A DNA stretch of 64,000 nt. It comes from Candidatus Hydrogenedens sp. GTDB lineage: Bacteria > Hydrogenedentota > Hydrogenedentia > Hydrogenedentales > Hydrogenedentaceae. Shown piece by piece: positions 61,926 through 64,000 of the stretch. Position 1 is the stretch's first letter. Each line of letters starts with the position of its first letter. The notes beneath the pieces are model-generated. The model ran no database searches. It had not been told where the DNA came from and worked only from the letters and a program-made list of their open reading frames with translations. The position numbers and the translations under genes are program-made. Location: the NCBI GenBank assembly GCA_049968235.1, contig JBMFRC010000001.1, forward strand, positions 224,001-288,000, given 5' to 3'.

Positions 61926-62417
61926 TTAGCAAACGGGAGGGGCATGACAGAGAAAGCCTGTTAGAAAGTAAGGTTCTGTTTTAAGTCTGCGACCTCTATC
62001 CTCCGGGATAGGGGACAAACGAGTGGCTTTGTACTCTGTTTCTTTGACAAAACCTGAATAAGGCTTGAAAATGTTACCTTTGCAAAAATTGGATATTGAT
62101 TGGCTATTAACTTGAACAAAAGCGACAGGAACCTGTGACCTCTTTCCCTGCCATTTCTTTTCCAACCGATTAAATAAAATCTGTAAATCTATAACATCAA
62201 TCTTATTGTCTCCATTCTGGTCTCCTATAGAAGCAAGAGAATTTCTCTGGAGTAGGGAATGCTGAAGTAAATTCAGGTCCAGAATGTCAATTTTCCCATC
62301 AAGATTTAAATCACCCGTTTTGTAATCACAAACATTTTGATTGGATAAACAAAAGGCGAACAACACCCCGCAGGAAAGAAGTAAATAAAATATTTTCTTG
62401 CCAATTAAAAACATCAT
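61926..62417 (-). CDS. Small secreted dockerin-domain protein
   Basis: Signal peptide, then GDLNLDGKIDILDLNLLQHSLL…GDQNGDNKIDVIDLQILFNRL (two dockerin repeats). Confidence 0.6.
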   Translation of the reverse strand: MMFLIGKKIFYLLLSCGVLFAFCLSNQNVCDYKTGDLNLDGKIDILDLNLLQHSLLQRNSLASIGDQNGDNKIDVIDLQILFNRLEKKWQGKRSQVPVAFVQVNSQSISNFCKGNIFKPYSGFVKETEYKATRLSPIPEDRGRRLKTEPYFLTGFLCHAPPVC

Positions 62418-62437
62418 TTGAGTCTTTTTATATTTGA

Positions 62438-62483
62438 CATATCACTAATTTTCTTATTTACATATCACTAATTTTCTTATTTA
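62438..62483. repeat. Perfect tandem duplication of a 23-bp unit (catatcactaattttcttattta x2)
   Basis: Copy 1 at 62438-62460. Copy 2 at 62461-62483. Lies in the leader/promoter region immediately upstream of the minus-strand dockerin/cohesin cluster. Confidence 0.8.
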
Positions 62484-62667
62484 ATTATACACTATTTAAA
62501 TAACATTTTGAAATTTTTTTGTAACATTTTTCGTTCATATTAGTAAAATAATAGAGAATAGGTTCTTTGAAAATTGAATATTAAGGTAATGAAGCAAGAG
62601 TTTTTAATATCCCTTCCTTACCTCTCTCCTTATAAATAAATCTTCCCTTAAACTCTCTTCATATCCT

Positions 62668-62750
62668 GGGCGTCATCGTTTCCCTTCCACAATCGCCAAG
62701 TAGAATTACATGCAAAAAATGCATACTCATTAAATTACATGATGACGCCC
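62668..62750. repeat. 83-bp element bounded by perfect 10-bp inverted repeats (GGGCGTCATC … GATGACGCCC) with internal AATTACATG direct repeats, followed by a T-tract
   Basis: Arms at 62668-62677 and 62741-62750. Internal repeat aattacatg occurs twice. Followed by ttcctttttc. Confidence 0.5.
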
Positions 62751-63066
62751 TTCCTTTTTCAACTTTCGAAACATTCCATTCGCCAACATCAATGTTTTAT
62801 ATTTCTACGGTGTCATTTATACTAATACTATATTAAACCTTTTAGGTTTCGTATTCGTATTTGTATCATTACATCAAAAGATAAAAATGTATTTTTTGTG
62901 TCATGTAGGGGGTAAATCATCATTCGCCTAAAAAAATATAATATTGGCATGAACCTGTTTTAAAAGATTAGGGAAATAAATGGTAACATTGAATCACATG
63001 GATGAATAATAACCCGTAACTTTTCCATAGTAGGGATAAAGTATTGGGGTTTATCGATTGTATTCT

Positions 63067-64000
63067 TTATTTATCTGTTTGTGGGGTATAACGGAAAGGA
63101 ATAATTGTAAATGCCATGTCGGATTGAGGAAGTAAATCCGCAAAGAAAATACCGTGTGCTTCTTTTATCAGTAATCGTCGTCCACATACATGACACATAT
63201 ATTCGGAGCCTGGTTCAATATCCTCTGCAATCTTGATATGGGTACTACAGAATGGGCAAGCAAGACTGCGACTATCTCGTTTGTGGTAATCTTGAAGTAG
63301 CGAATGAATTTTTCCCATGTTATATGCTTCTATCAGGGCATCTACCATTTCAGGGTCTAATTGGCTACTCTTTGCGGATATAATTTTTTCGATAGCAATT
63401 TCCGGGTCTAACCCTTTTCGGTAAGGACGATTGCTGGTCATGGCATCCAGCGTATCTGCAACCGCTATTAATCGTCCTTCAGGTGGAATTTCTTTACTCT
63501 TCAACCCATAAGGGTAGCCTTTCCCATCGTATCGTTCATGGTGATATAGACAGTAAGGAATAATCGGCTGGAATAATGCAATGTCTCTCAGTAAATCGGC
63601 TCCTCGTAGGGGATGTATTTTCATTTTTTCAAATTCTTCATCAGTCAATTGCCCTGGTTTTCTCAGGATAGCATCATCTACTGCAATTTTACCGACATCA
63701 TGTAGCACACCTCCCATATATACTTCTTCTATTTTTTCTTCGGACCAACCTAATACTTTCGCTATCTCTATAGCGAAATTTGTTACCCGCCATGTGTGTC
63801 CTATTGTGTAATGGTCTCGCAATTCTACTGCATTAGCAATAGTTGTCAATGTGTCTTTATAACTTTGCTTTATCATTTCGATATATTGTGCGTTACGAAG
63901 GGCTATTGATGCGGGTCCTGCTATAGCCACCAGCATCTCAAGGTCTTCTTGACTGAAAGCACGAGAGGTCCCTCGCGTATCTACATAAATTACACCTAAA
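63067..64000 (-). CDS. HD-GYP phosphodiesterase with C-terminal zinc-ribbon, N-terminal part outside window
   Basis: HD domain (HTWRVTNFA…GGVLHDVGK…) and HHERYDGKGYP (the GYP signature). C-terminal CPFC…CHVCG zinc ribbon. The reading frame continues to the window edge. Confidence 0.75.
   Translation of the reverse strand, partial: LGVIYVDTRGTSRAFSQEDLEMLVAIAGPASIALRNAQYIEMIKQSYKDTLTTIANAVELRDHYTIGHTWRVTNFAIEIAKVLGWSEEKIEEVYMGGVLHDVGKIAVDDAILRKPGQLTDEEFEKMKIHPLRGADLLRDIALFQPIIPYCLYHHERYDGKGYPYGLKSKEIPPEGRLIAVADTLDAMTSNRPYRKGLDPEIAIEKIISAKSSQLDPEMVDALIEAYNMGKIHSLLQDYHKRDSRSLACPFCSTHIKIAEDIEPGSEYMCHVCGRRLLIKEAHGIFFADLLPQSDMAFTIIPFRYTPQTDK

Noticed and set aside
62438-62483. Possible CRISPR array (direct repeats)
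   Set aside because: Only two copies of a 23-bp unit with no intervening spacers. There are no cas genes in the window.

Overview
This is a low-GC chromosomal segment with housekeeping operons on both strands. Most of the window is conserved core metabolism with ordinary organisation. Several AT-rich blocks look accessory or surface-related.

The phylum-diagnostic DUF1559 / H-X9-DG prepilin-like protein, driven by a perfect consensus promoter, suggests a PVC-superphylum-like or candidate-phylum organism.

**Core genes recognised**
- A CUT2-type sugar ABC transporter: binding protein, ATPase and permease, all on the minus strand.
- The complete glycine-cleavage operon gcvT-gcvH-gcvPA-gcvPB, followed by folD.
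- ubiE/menG, a methyl-accepting chemotaxis protein, and anaerobic ribonucleotide reductase nrdD-nrdG.
- mntP, secA, asd, trxA, glgX, a Tat-exported Cys-type sulfatase, and NUDIX, YceI, AIM24, DJ-1 and CE7 esterase genes.
- HD-GYP phosphodiesterase genes truncated at both window edges.

**Candidates for an undescribed system (ranked)**
1. A five-gene minus-strand cluster at 57.7-62.4 kb. It encodes three paralogous cohesin-like proteins and two dockerin-repeat proteins, a non-cellulosomal cohesin-dockerin surface-assembly set. It lies next to a 1822-aa giant adhesin-like protein (beta-helix, Ig-like and DUF5011-like domains). The giant protein and two of the cohesin-like proteins end in a C-terminal TM-plus-basic-tail anchor.
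2. A Ski2/Hel308-like SF2 helicase fused to a C-terminal OmpR-type winged helix.
3. A beta-class DNA methyltransferase translationally coupled to small ORFs, likely a restriction-modification remnant. It sits inside an AT-rich island with a frameshifted gene.
4. A row of four tandem consensus DnaA boxes next to a strong promoter upstream of nrdD.
5. A GC-rich structured leader upstream of gcvT that resembles a glycine riboswitch.

I found no tRNA or rRNA genes, no CRISPR array and no transposase.
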